Source of the DNA: Candidatus Micrarchaeota archaeon
Lineage (GTDB): Archaea > Micrarchaeota > Micrarchaeia > Micrarchaeales > CABMGC01
Assembly: GCA_030040335.1 (NCBI GenBank)
Contig: JASHTX010000036.1
Span: 1 to 50,861, forward strand
Direction: 5' to 3'
Length of the DNA: 50,861 bases
Positions 19,041-29,086 of this stretch are shown here, piece by piece. The notes under the pieces are model-generated. The model worked only from the letters and a program-made list of their open reading frames with translations. It searched no databases and was not told the origin of the DNA. Numbering within the stretch: position 1 is the first letter of the stretch; every line of letters starts with the position of its first letter. Position numbers and translations under genes: made by a program.

Positions 19041-20855
19041 TCACAGGTTTGCGTTTGCAGGCCCCTCATCAGATCCTGGGCCTGTGGGCCCATGTTCTGG
19101 GCCTTTTTGGCCTTGGCCGTAGACACTGGATCCGATATCCTGCAGTACGGTCTTGAGTTCGCTAAGCTTCTCCTTAATTGCCGCGTAATCGTCTTTGTCT
19201 AGCGCAGCCTGCAGCTCATCCTTGACCTTGTTTACCTTGTTTGCAATGTCGCTGGGCACCTTGTCCTTGTATTCCCTCAGCGTCTTATCCGTAGTATAGA
19301 CAAGCGATTCTGCGTCGTTTTTGGTCTGTACTTTCTCAAACTCCTCCTTGTCCTGAGCAGCATACTCTTCGGCATCCTTCATCTTCTTGTCTATCTCGTC
19401 TCTGGCCATCTTGTTGGGTGCGACTACCTGCATGTTCTGCTCCTTCCCTGTCTTCTTGTCTTTGGCACTTACGTGCAGGATGCCGTTTGCGTCGATGTCG
19501 AAGGTCACCTCTATCTGGGCCATGCCTCTGGGCGCTGGCAGTATGCCGGTCAGCGTGAATTTTCCAAGGCTGACGTTGTCCTTTGCCATAGGCCTTTCGC
19601 CCTGAAGTATGTGGATATCCACGGCAGTTTGGCTGTCTTCGGCAGTAGAGAAGACCTGGGATTTCTTGATTGGCACGGTTGTGTTCCTTGGTATCAACAC
19701 AGTAGATACACCGCCCAGCGTCTCTATCCCGAGAGAGAGTGGGGTAACGTCAAGCAGCACTATGTCCTTCACTTCTCCTGTCAGGACTCCTGCCTGGACC
19801 GCCGCGCCGAAGGCAACTGCTTCCATGGGGTCCACTCCGCGCTCTATCTTCTTGCCCAGGAGCTGCTCTATGTACCTTTGCACTAGTGGCATCCTGGTTG
19901 GCCCGCCGACAAGTATGACCTTGTTAATTCCGTTCGGCTCCAGCTTTGCATCCTTCAGAGCCTGCATGAGCGGGATGCGTGTTCTCTCCACTATGGGCAA
20001 TACCAACTCCTCGAGCTTTGCCCTGGTAAGGGAATAGACAAAGTTTACTGGCTTGCCGTTCACGCTTCCGAGAAACGGCAGGTTTATCTCACTTGAGAGA
20101 GTTGTCGAGAGCTCTATCTTCGATTTTTCTGCAGCTTCCCTTACTCTCTGCAGCGCCTGTTGATCATTGCTGATGTCCAGATTCAGCTTTTTCTGTATCT
20201 CTGTTTGCAGGAAGCTTACGAGAGTGTTGTCCATGTCGGTACCACCAAGCTGTGTGTCTCCGCTGGTGGACTTTACCTCGAAAACGCCCTTGCCGAAGTC
20301 CATGATGGTAACATCAAGGGTTCCTCCTCCGAAATCGTAGACGAGTATGGTCTCATCCTTGTTGAGTTTGTCGATTCCGTAGGCGAGGCACGCCGCTGTG
20401 GGCTCGTTTACGAGCCTCATCACCTCCAATCCGGCTATCTCGGCAGCATCCTTTACAGCCTGTCTCTGGTTGTCGTTTGCGTACGCAGGCACTGTTATGA
20501 CCGCCTGCTTTACCTCCTCACCGAGGAAAGCCTCGCTGTCCTGCTTTATCTTCTGCAGCAGTATCGCCGATAGCTCCTGCGGCGTGTATTCTTTTCCGAA
20601 AATCTTGTACTTGTAAGTAGTGCCCATCTTGCGCTTGAACGCGGTTATTGTACCTTCTGGGTTTGCAACAGCCTGTCTCTTCCCTGGCTCTCCGATTATG
20701 CGCTGCCCGTCTTTGGTAAAGGCAACATAGCTCGGGAACGATTTCCCATATAGCGAGCTACCCTCAGCGCTGGGTACCAATACTGGCCTACCTCCCTGCA
20801 ATACAGCCGCGGCACTATTACTCGTGCCTAAATCAATGCCTATTATCTTTGTCAT
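19041..20855 (-). CDS. dnaK: Hsp70 chaperone DnaK
   Basis: 'GIDLGTSNS', 'DFGGGTLDV' and '[11 protein letters not shown]', across a full-length 604 aa. Confidence 0.95.
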   Translation of the reverse strand: MTKIIGIDLGTSNSAAAVLQGGRPVLVPSAEGSSLYGKSFPSYVAFTKDGQRIIGEPGKRQAVANPEGTITAFKRKMGTTYKYKIFGKEYTPQELSAILLQKIKQDSEAFLGEEVKQAVITVPAYANDNQRQAVKDAAEIAGLEVMRLVNEPTAACLAYGIDKLNKDETILVYDFGGGTLDVTIMDFGKGVFEVKSTSGDTQLGGTDMDNTLVSFLQTEIQKKLNLDISNDQQALQRVREAAEKSKIELSTTLSSEINLPFLGSVNGKPVNFVYSLTRAKLEELVLPIVERTRIPLMQALKDAKLEPNGINKVILVGGPTRMPLVQRYIEQLLGKKIERGVDPMEAVAFGAAVQAGVLTGEVKDIVLLDVTPLSLGIETLGGVSTVLIPRNTTVPIKKSQVFSTAEDSQTAVDIHILQGERPMAKDNVSLGKFTLTGILPAPRGMAQIEVTFDIDANGILHVSAKDKKTGKEQNMQVVAPNKMARDEIDKKMKDAEEYAAQDKEEFEKVQTKNDAESLVYTTDKTLREYKDKVPSDIANKVNKVKDELQAALDKDDYAAIKEKLSELKTVLQDIGSSVYGQGQKGPEHGPTGPGSDEGPANANL

Positions 20856-20866
20856 ACTTGTTCACC

Positions 20867-21379
20867 TTATTTTTTATCTTCTGAAACATTACCCTTCGAT
20901 ACAATTACACTGCTTGGCCTTATGAGCATGTCGTTGAAAGTGTAGCCCTTCCTCACGACCTCGAGTATGGTGCCTTCAGGCTCCTTGCTTTTCTCGGCCA
21001 TTATTATCTCGTGCTTGTATGGGTCGTACTTACCGACAGCACTGATCTCCTTCAAGCCGGCACTCTTTAGTGTTGCAAGAATGTTCGTGAAGACCAGTTC
21101 CACTCCTTTCGCGCGCTCTTTGTCTCCATCTGACCCGTTGAATGATGAGAGCGCTAGTTCGAACTCGTCTATAGCCGGCAATAGCGCCTTGACCAGCTCG
21201 GCTTTTCCGACGCTTTTTGCGTTATCGATGTCCTTCGCGGTCTTCTTCTGATAATTGTCGAACTCGGCAGCAAGCCTTAGCAACCTGTCCTTCGTCTCTG
21301 CAAGGTCCTTTTCGGCGTCCTTCGGCTCTTCCTTCTTACTTTCTTCCGGTTCTTTTTTCTCGTCTGCCATGTATTTCAT
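20867..21379 (-). CDS. grpE: nucleotide exchange factor GrpE
   Basis: 'LLRLAAEFDNYQKKTAKD' and C-terminal 'RPSSVIVSK'. It sits upstream of dnaK. Confidence 0.85.
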   Translation of the reverse strand: MKYMADEKKEPEESKKEEPKDAEKDLAETKDRLLRLAAEFDNYQKKTAKDIDNAKSVGKAELVKALLPAIDEFELALSSFNGSDGDKERAKGVELVFTNILATLKSAGLKEISAVGKYDPYKHEIIMAEKSKEPEGTILEVVRKGYTFNDMLIRPSSVIVSKGNVSEDKK

Positions 21380-21773
21380 CTTCGATCAGTTCGTCAAGTT
21401 TTGTTGCGAACTGCATCATGCGGTTGAATTCAGAAATCATCTCGGCCTGCAACTCCTGGATTGTGCTTTCCAGGTCGCCTGCGCGCAGGTAGTACTTCCT
21501 TCCTTTCCTCTGTATTAGCCCGGAACCTATGAACTTGTTGAGGTCGTAGATCACCGTGCTTAGCGGCATGTTCAGCTCCCCGCTCAGTTCCTTGCTCGTG
21601 GTCCCGATGCCTTTGAGCGTGTTGTTAATCAGTTCCTTGAACATCTCCCTCTCCTGGTCGTCCCCCTTTCCTGAGAGGTCGAATGAGTCGAAGAACCAGT
21701 CAGTCAGAGCACTGGCGGTCTCCTCGCTGGGCCTGTTCACGGTCTTTACAACTATCTTCTCCGCCTTGGGCAT
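21336..21773 (-). CDS. winged-helix transcriptional regulator (heads the grpE-dnaK-dnaJ string)
   Basis: wHTH-like 'LSGELNMPLSTVIYDLNKFIGSGLIQRKGRKYYL'. It overlaps the grpE start by 35-44 nt. Confidence 0.6.
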   Translation of the reverse strand: MPKAEKIVVKTVNRPSEETASALTDWFFDSFDLSGKGDDQEREMFKELINNTLKGIGTTSKELSGELNMPLSTVIYDLNKFIGSGLIQRKGRKYYLRAGDLESTIQELQAEMISEFNRMMQFATKLDELIEDEIHGRREKRTGRK

Positions 21774-21843
21774 AGTATAAGGTATACTTGTTCTAATATA
21801 AATATATTTGCTTTTTTACAAGAAAAAGTTGAAATGGATCGGA

Positions 21844-21861
21844 ATTGGCTTTAAAGCCAAT
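21844..21861. promoter_or_regulatory. perfect 18-bp palindrome ATTGGCTTTAAAGCCAAT in a divergent intergenic region
   Basis: Read directly from the sequence. It is centred on TTTAAA, 22 nt upstream of the ORF at 21883 and about 70 nt upstream of the regulator start at 21773. Confidence 0.5.
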
Positions 21862-21882
21862 GCTTAAAAACACTGAGAAGGG

Positions 21883-22665
21883 ATGTTATTCGGTAATAGA
21901 TTGGACAGATTGGCAAAGGATGAGAGACGGCTACTAAAGGTCATATCCAGAGTGCCTCAAGAGTACAAAACAATAGATGCCGCTAGCTTCGGAAGGCAAG
22001 TTGCCAATCTTCTTGTCAAACGCGCCGCAATAGGGGATGGCCCAGAAATGGTTTTTGAGACGTCCAGTTTGAAAGAATATCCGTTTGGAAAACTTATAAT
22101 GTTCGGGGTATCCGAGAGTGATATGCATATTAGTTATCTCCCTATGAAAGGAAGGCATATCGAGCATGAAACAGAAGAATACAGAGACCTTCTGTCTTCC
22201 AATCCTGACCTTGCCGGTATGCATCTAAACGCTATTGCTAAAACGATCTCTGTAGGTAAAGTGGTGAGCAGCGAAATGGAGAAAGAACAGACGCCTTTTC
22301 AGCTAGGGATGGCCCGTTATGTGAGTGGCGCTATTGTGATGGCTGCTGTATCCTCCGCCAATTCTGAAAAGGCATTAAACGATGTGGTGCATGCCATTTC
22401 AGATTATGATGAAGGTTTACCTCCGGATCTTCAGAAAGATATCCGAGATAAACTAAAAATCTCTGAAGAAAATGATGCAGAAGTAAAAAAGATGGTTGAA
22501 GCGCTAAAGGAGAAGGATAGTGCGATAGCCAAGAAGTTGAGCCAGTTTGGAGAAGACGCGAACGTTGCTACAAAATGGATCTGGACCTTTATGGATGCAT
22601 TCGAAGACAGCCTTATCTACTTAACGCATGGACTGCATATGCATAAATGGTTTCCAAGAACATAA
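21883..22665 (+). CDS. hypothetical protein (260 aa)
   Basis: Intact ORF with no recognised motif. A hand count of its first 100 nt gives about 42% GC, against about 49% in a 100-nt sample of rpoA'. Confidence 0.45.
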   Translation: MLFGNRLDRLAKDERRLLKVISRVPQEYKTIDAASFGRQVANLLVKRAAIGDGPEMVFETSSLKEYPFGKLIMFGVSESDMHISYLPMKGRHIEHETEEYRDLLSSNPDLAGMHLNAIAKTISVGKVVSSEMEKEQTPFQLGMARYVSGAIVMAAVSSANSEKALNDVVHAISDYDEGLPPDLQKDIRDKLKISEENDAEVKKMVEALKEKDSAIAKKLSQFGEDANVATKWIWTFMDAFEDSLIYLTHGLHMHKWFPRT

Positions 22666-22693
22666 CATCTTACAAGAGCACATTAAAGTTTTG

Positions 22694-22765
22694 TGGACTC
22701 TGCGGGATTCGAACCCGCAACCTCCTGCATGCCATGCAGGCGCGCTACCGTTGCGCTAAGAGCCC
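22694..22765 (-). tRNA. tRNA-Ala (anticodon GGC)
   Basis: The reverse complement folds as GGGCTCT-TA-GCGC-AACGGTA-GCGC-G-CCTGC-ATGGCAT-GCAGG-AGGTT-GCGGG-TTCGAAT-CCCGC-AGAGTCC-A. The G3:U70 alanine identity pair is present. Confidence 0.85.
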
Positions 22766-22797
22766 AACTCATAAATATTTGCTGGGTGTGTTTAAAT

Positions 22798-23379
22798 ATG
22801 AGTGCGATGACGAACAAACACCATATTAGGCGAAACGCCATCAAGGAAAGGTTGGCACTGCCGGAGCATATGAGAGCGGATCATAGCGCAATTATCACAA
22901 AGCGCGTGGAACAACTTCCGGAATACATCAACGCCAACACAATCGCGGTATACGTTTCTATGAGGGATGAGGTTCAGACAAAGGAACTCATTGAATCCGC
23001 ACTGGCAAAAGGCACGAGAGTGTTAATCCCGAAATCCGACACCATCAGCAAACGCCTTACATTCCATGAGATTAATTCGCTTGGCGAACTGGCCAGAGGC
23101 GCTTTTGGAGTCTTGGAGCCACCTGTGGGCTCGAAGACAGTGCCTTTAAGCGAAGCCGACATAATAATAGTCCCGGTCGTTGCCTGGGACATTTACGGAG
23201 GAAGACTGGGGTATGGGAAGGGCTATTTCGATCAGGCGCTGAAGTCCAAAGGAGACGCACCGGTTGTAGGCCTGGCTTTTGAATCACAGCAGAGAGAAAA
23301 GTTGCCGTTGAGTCCCCACGATGTGCAGCTGGATATGGTGGTTACCGAAGTAAGGGCGATACGTTTCAATCAGAGCTAG
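22798..23379 (+). CDS. 5-formyltetrahydrofolate cyclo-ligase
   Basis: 'ADIIIVPVVAWDIYGGRLGYGKGYFDQ' signature. The ORF track starts at 22693 inside the tRNA-Ala. The ATG at 22798 ('MSAMTNK') is the plausible start. Confidence 0.75.
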   Translation: MSAMTNKHHIRRNAIKERLALPEHMRADHSAIITKRVEQLPEYINANTIAVYVSMRDEVQTKELIESALAKGTRVLIPKSDTISKRLTFHEINSLGELARGAFGVLEPPVGSKTVPLSEADIIIVPVVAWDIYGGRLGYGKGYFDQALKSKGDAPVVGLAFESQQREKLPLSPHDVQLDMVVTEVRAIRFNQS

Positions 23380-23391
23380 CGGATTGGTAAA

Positions 23392-23619
23392 CTATACCGG
23401 GCTCACGAAAAGGATATTGCCGCCCCTCAAGAGGATTGTTCCAAGCTTTGCCTTTGAGCCGCCATCATCTCCCACCTCTTCGGCATCGTCTATTACCATG
23501 TTCATGTGTGCGTCGAAGGATGAGACCTTGCCCCTTATCTCGTCCCCGTTCTTCAGCCTTATCATCACTTTCTGCCCGATCGCCTTGTTCAGCAAATCAA
23601 AAGGCCTTTCGCCCTGCAT
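23392..23619 (-). CDS. Sm-like archaeal protein (SmAP/LSm)
   Basis: Sm1 'VMIRLKNGDEIRGKVSSFDAHMNMVIDDAEE' and Sm2 'ILLRGGNILFVSP'. Confidence 0.85.
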   Translation of the reverse strand: MQGERPFDLLNKAIGQKVMIRLKNGDEIRGKVSSFDAHMNMVIDDAEEVGDDGGSKAKLGTILLRGGNILFVSPV

Positions 23620-23655
23620 AAAATCGTATAGAATAAGGAAAATAGCTATTTATGG

Positions 23656-24690
23656 CTATTTCTTCTTCTTGCCTTCCTCTCTCTTTATAGAAAGCTTGAC
23701 AGAGCCGGTACCAAGAGGTATCTGCTTGCCCACGAGTATGTTCTCGGTGACTCCGCGCATGTAGTCTATCTGGCCGAACGCGGCTGCGTTGATCAGGTGC
23801 TTCACTGTCTCCTCGAAAGCAGCCCTTGCGAAGACGGATTCCTTCTTGCCGACAAGGCCGTGCCTGCCTATGCTCTGTATCGTGCCGCTTGAGGTCATGG
23901 CGTCTGCAATCAGCGCAATGTGCCTTTCGTTGACAGATATTTCCTGCTCTTCGAGGGTTTTCTTGAGCTCGAGCGCGAGCGTGGTCCTTGCAGCCTCTAT
24001 TCCGAATACCCTGTACATCTCAAAAATGTCATTCGTGTAGATTCTTGAAGAATCTACGCCGTCTATTTCCATCATTGGTTCTATGTTGCTGCCAGCAGAT
24101 TCGACGTAGAACTCCTGTGTCTTCTGATCCTGTGCGACCATCGCCCTGCCTGCGCCCTCTATTCCGTTGACTATGGACTTGGTGAGCTTGACAGCTATCG
24201 CCCTTACTTCCTTCAGGTTCTTGGTGTGCGTGCCTATGACGATGTTGCCGTGCTTGCCGACCTTTGCGTCAAGTCCCAGGTCTTTCTTCAGTCTCGCGGC
24301 AGCATGCCCCGCAGTAAGGTCGGCGGCCTGCATGGCCTGGGCGTTCAGCATTACAAGTATCTTTCCCTTTGAGAAGTCCTCCACTATCCTGCGCGTTATG
24401 CTCCTCATCTCTATCTCGCTTATCTTCTTTGCCACCTCGTCAGCCTTGGCAAAGCTCTTCTTTGAGCTCTCATTAAGGTAAATCTTGGATATTGGCGTTG
24501 AAGGGGTCTTCTTCGCGTCGAGCAGTTCGATTATCCTGGGAAGTCCAGAAGTTGCGATTGAAGCTGCTATTCCTGCGAAGTGGAAAGTTCTGAGCACCAT
24601 CTGGGTTCCTGGCTCTCCGACAGACTGCGCGGCTATAACTCCTACCGGTTCTCCGGCCTGAACCCCATACTTGCTTTCCTGCTTTGCCAT
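23656..24690 (-). CDS. rpoA2: DNA-directed RNA polymerase subunit A''
   Basis: '[28 protein letters not shown]' trigger-loop region. It follows rpoA'. Confidence 0.9.
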   Translation of the reverse strand: MAKQESKYGVQAGEPVGVIAAQSVGEPGTQMVLRTFHFAGIAASIATSGLPRIIELLDAKKTPSTPISKIYLNESSKKSFAKADEVAKKISEIEMRSITRRIVEDFSKGKILVMLNAQAMQAADLTAGHAAARLKKDLGLDAKVGKHGNIVIGTHTKNLKEVRAIAVKLTKSIVNGIEGAGRAMVAQDQKTQEFYVESAGSNIEPMMEIDGVDSSRIYTNDIFEMYRVFGIEAARTTLALELKKTLEEQEISVNERHIALIADAMTSSGTIQSIGRHGLVGKKESVFARAAFEETVKHLINAAAFGQIDYMRGVTENILVGKQIPLGTGSVKLSIKREEGKKKK

Positions 24691-24694
24691 CCGC

Positions 24695-27262
24695 TCACTT
24701 TTCCTTCTCCCTCTGCTCCTCTTTTGCGAAGTTTACCCTCGTGGGATCTATTCCGTCGCCGCCATATAGCGTCTGAATCACGTTGTTTCCTACATCTCTC
24801 ACGCTGCTGTCGAAGAGTACGTAGTAATCCTGCAGCGCGTTTGCAAGCCTCCTCTGCAGGTAGCCGCTCCTCTGCGTCAGCAGTCCTTTCTGGATTACGG
24901 CTCCTCTGGCTCCGACAGCGTGCATGAGTATCTCTATCGGGTTAAGGCCGTCGACATAGCTGCTGCTTATGAAACCCCTTGCGCTGGCGCCCACGTCGTT
25001 GCGCTGCATGTGGGGTATTACCCTGCCGGTGTAGTATCCTCTCTTTATTCTCCTTCCTTCCCACGTTGCCTGCTGGCCCAGGAACATGCTCATCTGCTCG
25101 AAGTTCAGTATGTTCGCCCTTGCTCCGGAATTGGCCATGAGCATTGCGAAGTTTGTCTTGTCAACGTTCCTGGAAAGCGCGTAGCCTGCCTTGCTTCTCG
25201 CCTGGTCCAGTTCAACTATTATCATCTGCTCAAGGGATTGCCTGAGGGTGAGTCCCAGGAGCGGTTCGAGCTTCTTTGTCTTGTACTGGTTGACCAGTTC
25301 ATCGACCTTTTTCTGTGTATCGGCAAGAAGCATCTCTTTCTCCTTTCTCATATCGTCATTTATAATGTATTCCTTGACGCCCATCGTAACTCCATACATT
25401 GTCGCGTATGCGTACGCCATCTTGGAAGAGCGGGCTATGAACCGCCTGAGTTCCTCAAAACCGTAATCTCGTGCGATAGCTATGAAGAGCTTGTTTCCAC
25501 CTCCAAGCCCGTATGCCCTCTTTGTTATCACGCCCTCCACAAGCGAGCCGTTCTTTATCTTAAGCTTGTCATTTCCAGATTGCACCTCGAAGTTGAGGCC
25601 CTTTGGCAGCAGCAGCGAGAAGATGTCCTTGCCGCTGTACATGTGTCCCTTGGATTCCTTGGGCATCTCCCTTATGCCTGCGGTGCCGAGGAGATATTCT
25701 GTTTCCTGCTTGTCAAGGTAAGTGTCATCCTGCGTCAACGCAAAGAGCCCTATTATCCCGTCTTCGCCGTTTGCTATTATGACGTTTCCGTCCTTCGGCG
25801 AGAATATCTGCTCCTGAACCTCCATCAGGTACTTTGCCTCGGCCTGCGCCTCCAGCGTTTGAGGAATGTGCAGGTTCATTTCGTCCCCGTCGAAGTCGGC
25901 GTTGTAGGGGATTGTGGCAGGATATGTTATCCTGAATGTCTTGCCAGGCAGAACCCTGACCCTGTGGGCCATTATGCTTATCCTGTGCAGCGATGGCTGC
26001 CTGTTGAAGAGCGCGAGATCGCCGTCCTTCAACTGCCTTTCGAGAATATAGCCAGGTTTTATTTCCTTGAGCAGCTCTTCTTTGTTGGTATCTAATATTC
26101 GCTTGCGCTTGCCGTCGAGAGCCACTACGTTTATCACCATCGGGTACTGGTTGCTTGCAAGCAGTTTCTTTGCCTCTTCGAGATTCCACTCAGTGACGTA
26201 GAATGGAACTGTGAGCTTCTCTGCTATTGCCCTTGGTACGCCCACCTCGTCAACGTCTATGGCCGGGTCTACGCTTATTACCGTACGTGCCGAGTAGTTG
26301 ACTCTCTTTCCGCTGAGATTGTACCTGAAGCGTCCTTCCTTGCCCTTAAGCCTCTGGGCTATTGTCTTGAGTGCCCTGCCGCTCCTGTGCCTTGCAGGAG
26401 GTATTCCGCTCGTCTCGTTGTTGAAATAAGTAGTGACGTGATACTGCAGCAGCTCCCACAGGTCGTCTATGATTATCTGCGGCGCTCCTGCATTTATGTT
26501 CTGCTCAAGCCTCTGGTTGATCCTCATTATGTCCACAAGCTTGTGCGTGAGGTCGTCCTCGCTCCTTTCTCCCGTCTCCAGCGTAATGCTTGGCCTTACA
26601 TCGACGGGGGGCACAAGCAAGGTGTTCAGCACGAGAGCCTCGGGCCTGCTGGTCTTCGAGTCTATACCAAGAATATCGAGGTCCTCGTCGCTTATCTTGG
26701 CCAGCATGTCTTTTATCTCGTCAGGCTTCAGCCTGCGTTCGCCCACATAGAAGTACGTTGGCATTGAGAATTTGAGCTTCTCCTGTACGGTGCCACAGTG
26801 AGGGCACTTCTTTACACTTTTGAGCTTCTTCAGCATATCCTGCTCGGCCTGCTTGCCCTGAGCCTGCTCTGCCGCCGGAGTTTCTTCGCTAAGCTCCTTG
26901 TTCATCTCAGCCTTGAATGCTCCGAGCTGCTCGTCGTTTAGCAGAATCCTGTGGCATTTCTGGCAGGTTGCCTGCAGAAGCATGTTCACGATCTTCGCGA
27001 ATTCAGAGTGCATTACCGGCCTGACAAGCTCTATGTGACCGAAGTGTCCGGGGCAGGTCTTCGCTCTGCCTCCGCAGGTCTTGCAGACAAGACCTGGGTC
27101 TATGACTCCGAGTCTCTGGTCAAGGAGGCCGCCGTCGATCGGATAGCCATCCTCGTTGTAGGTGTCAGGAACCGTAAGCTTCGCCACGCTCAGCTTCTTT
27201 ATCTGCTCCTGGGAGAATATCCCGAACTTTATCTGTTTGATTACCTCTGCTTGCATGCTCAT
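24695..27262 (-). CDS. rpoA1: DNA-directed RNA polymerase subunit A'
   Basis: Zn motif '[17 protein letters not shown]' and catalytic '[10 protein letters not shown]'. Confidence 0.95.
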   Translation of the reverse strand: MSMQAEVIKQIKFGIFSQEQIKKLSVAKLTVPDTYNEDGYPIDGGLLDQRLGVIDPGLVCKTCGGRAKTCPGHFGHIELVRPVMHSEFAKIVNMLLQATCQKCHRILLNDEQLGAFKAEMNKELSEETPAAEQAQGKQAEQDMLKKLKSVKKCPHCGTVQEKLKFSMPTYFYVGERRLKPDEIKDMLAKISDEDLDILGIDSKTSRPEALVLNTLLVPPVDVRPSITLETGERSEDDLTHKLVDIMRINQRLEQNINAGAPQIIIDDLWELLQYHVTTYFNNETSGIPPARHRSGRALKTIAQRLKGKEGRFRYNLSGKRVNYSARTVISVDPAIDVDEVGVPRAIAEKLTVPFYVTEWNLEEAKKLLASNQYPMVINVVALDGKRKRILDTNKEELLKEIKPGYILERQLKDGDLALFNRQPSLHRISIMAHRVRVLPGKTFRITYPATIPYNADFDGDEMNLHIPQTLEAQAEAKYLMEVQEQIFSPKDGNVIIANGEDGIIGLFALTQDDTYLDKQETEYLLGTAGIREMPKESKGHMYSGKDIFSLLLPKGLNFEVQSGNDKLKIKNGSLVEGVITKRAYGLGGGNKLFIAIARDYGFEELRRFIARSSKMAYAYATMYGVTMGVKEYIINDDMRKEKEMLLADTQKKVDELVNQYKTKKLEPLLGLTLRQSLEQMIIVELDQARSKAGYALSRNVDKTNFAMLMANSGARANILNFEQMSMFLGQQATWEGRRIKRGYYTGRVIPHMQRNDVGASARGFISSSYVDGLNPIEILMHAVGARGAVIQKGLLTQRSGYLQRRLANALQDYYVLFDSSVRDVGNNVIQTLYGGDGIDPTRVNFAKEEQREKEK

Positions 27263-29085
27263 TCCTCAATTCCGACCTGCGGCCTTATGTGCAGGCTCTT
27301 TATCTCGTCAAGCAGCAGCTTGAAAGCGTAGCTTATCTCAACCTCTACCAGGTTGTTGCTGTTGCACAGCGGGCAGATGTTTATCCTCTTTGCGTAGTCC
27401 CTGTATCCGATGCTCCCGCATTCCTTGCATATCAGTACCGTTGCCTTGTCGCTCTGGTCAAGCATACGCTCCTTGAGCAGCAGGCTCGCTCCGTACGCGA
27501 CGAGCACGTCTCTTTCCATCTCTCCGAACCTGAGACCTCCCAGCCTCGCCTTTCCTTCAGTAGGCTGGTGGGTCAGTATCTGCACCGTGCCCCTGCTCCT
27601 TACCTGCATCTTGTTGCTGACCATGTGGTGCAGCCTGTTGTAGTACACCACTCCTGTGAATAGCTTTGCCTTGAAAGGCCTGCCTGTGACGCCATCATAG
27701 AGCACCTCCTCGCCGTATTTGTCGAAGCCGTGCGCCTCGATTATCTTGCCGTATTCGTCGAGCCTGTCGCTTCCCGTCTGCGTGAATGCAGTTCCGTCGG
27801 TCCTTGTGCCCTTCATAGCACTGGCCTTGCCTGCAAGGGTTTCAAGCAGGTGTCCGAAAGTCATTCTGCTTGGTATTCCGTGAGGGTTGAGAAGAAGGTC
27901 AGGCACGACCCCGTTCTCAGTAAATGGCATGTCCTCGTGAGGCACTATCAGTGCGACCACTCCTTTCTGCCCGTGTCTGCTTCCGAACTTATCTCCTGCT
28001 TCGGGTATCCTGAGGCTCCTTACCCTCACCTTTACTATCCTAGTTGCCCCTGGTGACTCTGTAAAGATAACGTCGTCAACTACTCCGCCCTCGCCAGGCT
28101 TGAGTGTCGTTGAATCGTCTCTCGTCTTCTCTTCAAGTCCTCCGGCGCCTATGCTCTCCTCCAGGAACCTTGGAGGCGCGACCTTTCCTATGAGGACATC
28201 GCCTTCCTCAACCTGCATCTCCGGCTCTATCACTCCGTCGTCGCTGAGTTTAGAGTAGGCGTGCTCTCCGAGGTAGCCCTCCGTGGTTGCAGGAGGTATC
28301 TTGAAGACGTCCTTCTGCCCTCCAGGATATCGTCTTTCTTCGTCAGAGTAGGTCTTGTAGAACATGCTCCTTGCAAGGCCCCTGTCAACCGCAGCCTTGT
28401 TAAGCACGACCGCATCCTGCATGTTGTAACCGTAGAACGTTGAGAGCGCAACTACGAAATTCTGGCCTGAGGCATGCCTGCTAAGCTTAAGCGCCTCGTA
28501 TGTGGAAGTGCTCACTAGCGGAGCCTGTGGGTAGAAGAGTATGTACGCCCTTGACTCGAACCTCAGGTTGAAGTTCGTAGCGTAGAGTCCCTGCGCCTGC
28601 TTGATGTAGCTCGCGAACATCAGGTGCCTTGCCACGTTGTTTGCTTCAGGGTACGGAGCGGTGTTTACAGTGAATCCGAAGATGGAAACTGGATCGACTT
28701 CCAGGTGGGTGGTGTCTCCGTTTACCTCGCTCTCTGTCATAGCGACTACGGCATTCTCCTCCTCCTCAGCATCAAGGAACTCGACTATCCCGCTTCTTAT
28801 GAGGTAGGCGAAGTCGATCTCCTTTTTCTCAAGCTTTTCCGCCAGTTCCTTGGTGAATCTGGACTTCCCTTCCTCGACGATTATGTAGGGCTTCCTGGCC
28901 CTGCCCCTGTCGGTGTTTATGTGTATCTCGTTGAGCTTTTCCATGTAGACTACGTTGACCTCTCCGGAGATGAGTCCCTTCCTCCTTGCGGTCCTCACTT
29001 CCTTGACGTAAGCCTGCGGATTGGAGACGTAGCCTATGGCCTTGCCATTCAGGTGAACGTAACACTTATCGCTTATCTTTACCAA
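27259..29085 (-). CDS. rpoB1: DNA-directed RNA polymerase subunit B' (C-terminal half of B)
   Basis: 'GDKFGSRHGQKGVV' and the C-terminal Zn ribbon 'CKECGS...CPLCNS'. Its stop overlaps the rpoA' start. Confidence 0.93.
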   Translation of the reverse strand: MVKISDKCYVHLNGKAIGYVSNPQAYVKEVRTARRKGLISGEVNVVYMEKLNEIHINTDRGRARKPYIIVEEGKSRFTKELAEKLEKKEIDFAYLIRSGIVEFLDAEEEENAVVAMTESEVNGDTTHLEVDPVSIFGFTVNTAPYPEANNVARHLMFASYIKQAQGLYATNFNLRFESRAYILFYPQAPLVSTSTYEALKLSRHASGQNFVVALSTFYGYNMQDAVVLNKAAVDRGLARSMFYKTYSDEERRYPGGQKDVFKIPPATTEGYLGEHAYSKLSDDGVIEPEMQVEEGDVLIGKVAPPRFLEESIGAGGLEEKTRDDSTTLKPGEGGVVDDVIFTESPGATRIVKVRVRSLRIPEAGDKFGSRHGQKGVVALIVPHEDMPFTENGVVPDLLLNPHGIPSRMTFGHLLETLAGKASAMKGTRTDGTAFTQTGSDRLDEYGKIIEAHGFDKYGEEVLYDGVTGRPFKAKLFTGVVYYNRLHHMVSNKMQVRSRGTVQILTHQPTEGKARLGGLRFGEMERDVLVAYGASLLLKERMLDQSDKATVLICKECGSIGYRDYAKRINICPLCNSNNLVEVEISYAFKLLLDEIKSLHIRPQVGIEE

Positions 29086-29086
29086 A

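Noticed and set aside
22693-22797. N-terminal extension of the 5-formyl-THF cyclo-ligase ORF running through tRNA-Ala. Likewise the 29087..30724 extension of rpoB'' through rpoH, and the 32270 start of kae1.
   Set aside because: The extensions overlap well-supported genes and contain no family-typical sequence. Internal ATG codons give N-termini that match the families.
24920-26095. A 391-aa ORF on the plus strand opposite rpoA'. Similar long antisense ORFs are 9875..10843 (322 aa) opposite polB and 18585..19202 opposite dnaJ/dnaK.
   Set aside because: They lie entirely antisense to genes with unmistakable conserved motifs. Their translations are low-complexity and Leu/Val/Arg/His-rich with no recognisable domains. 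I treat them as shadow ORFs produced by codon bias.
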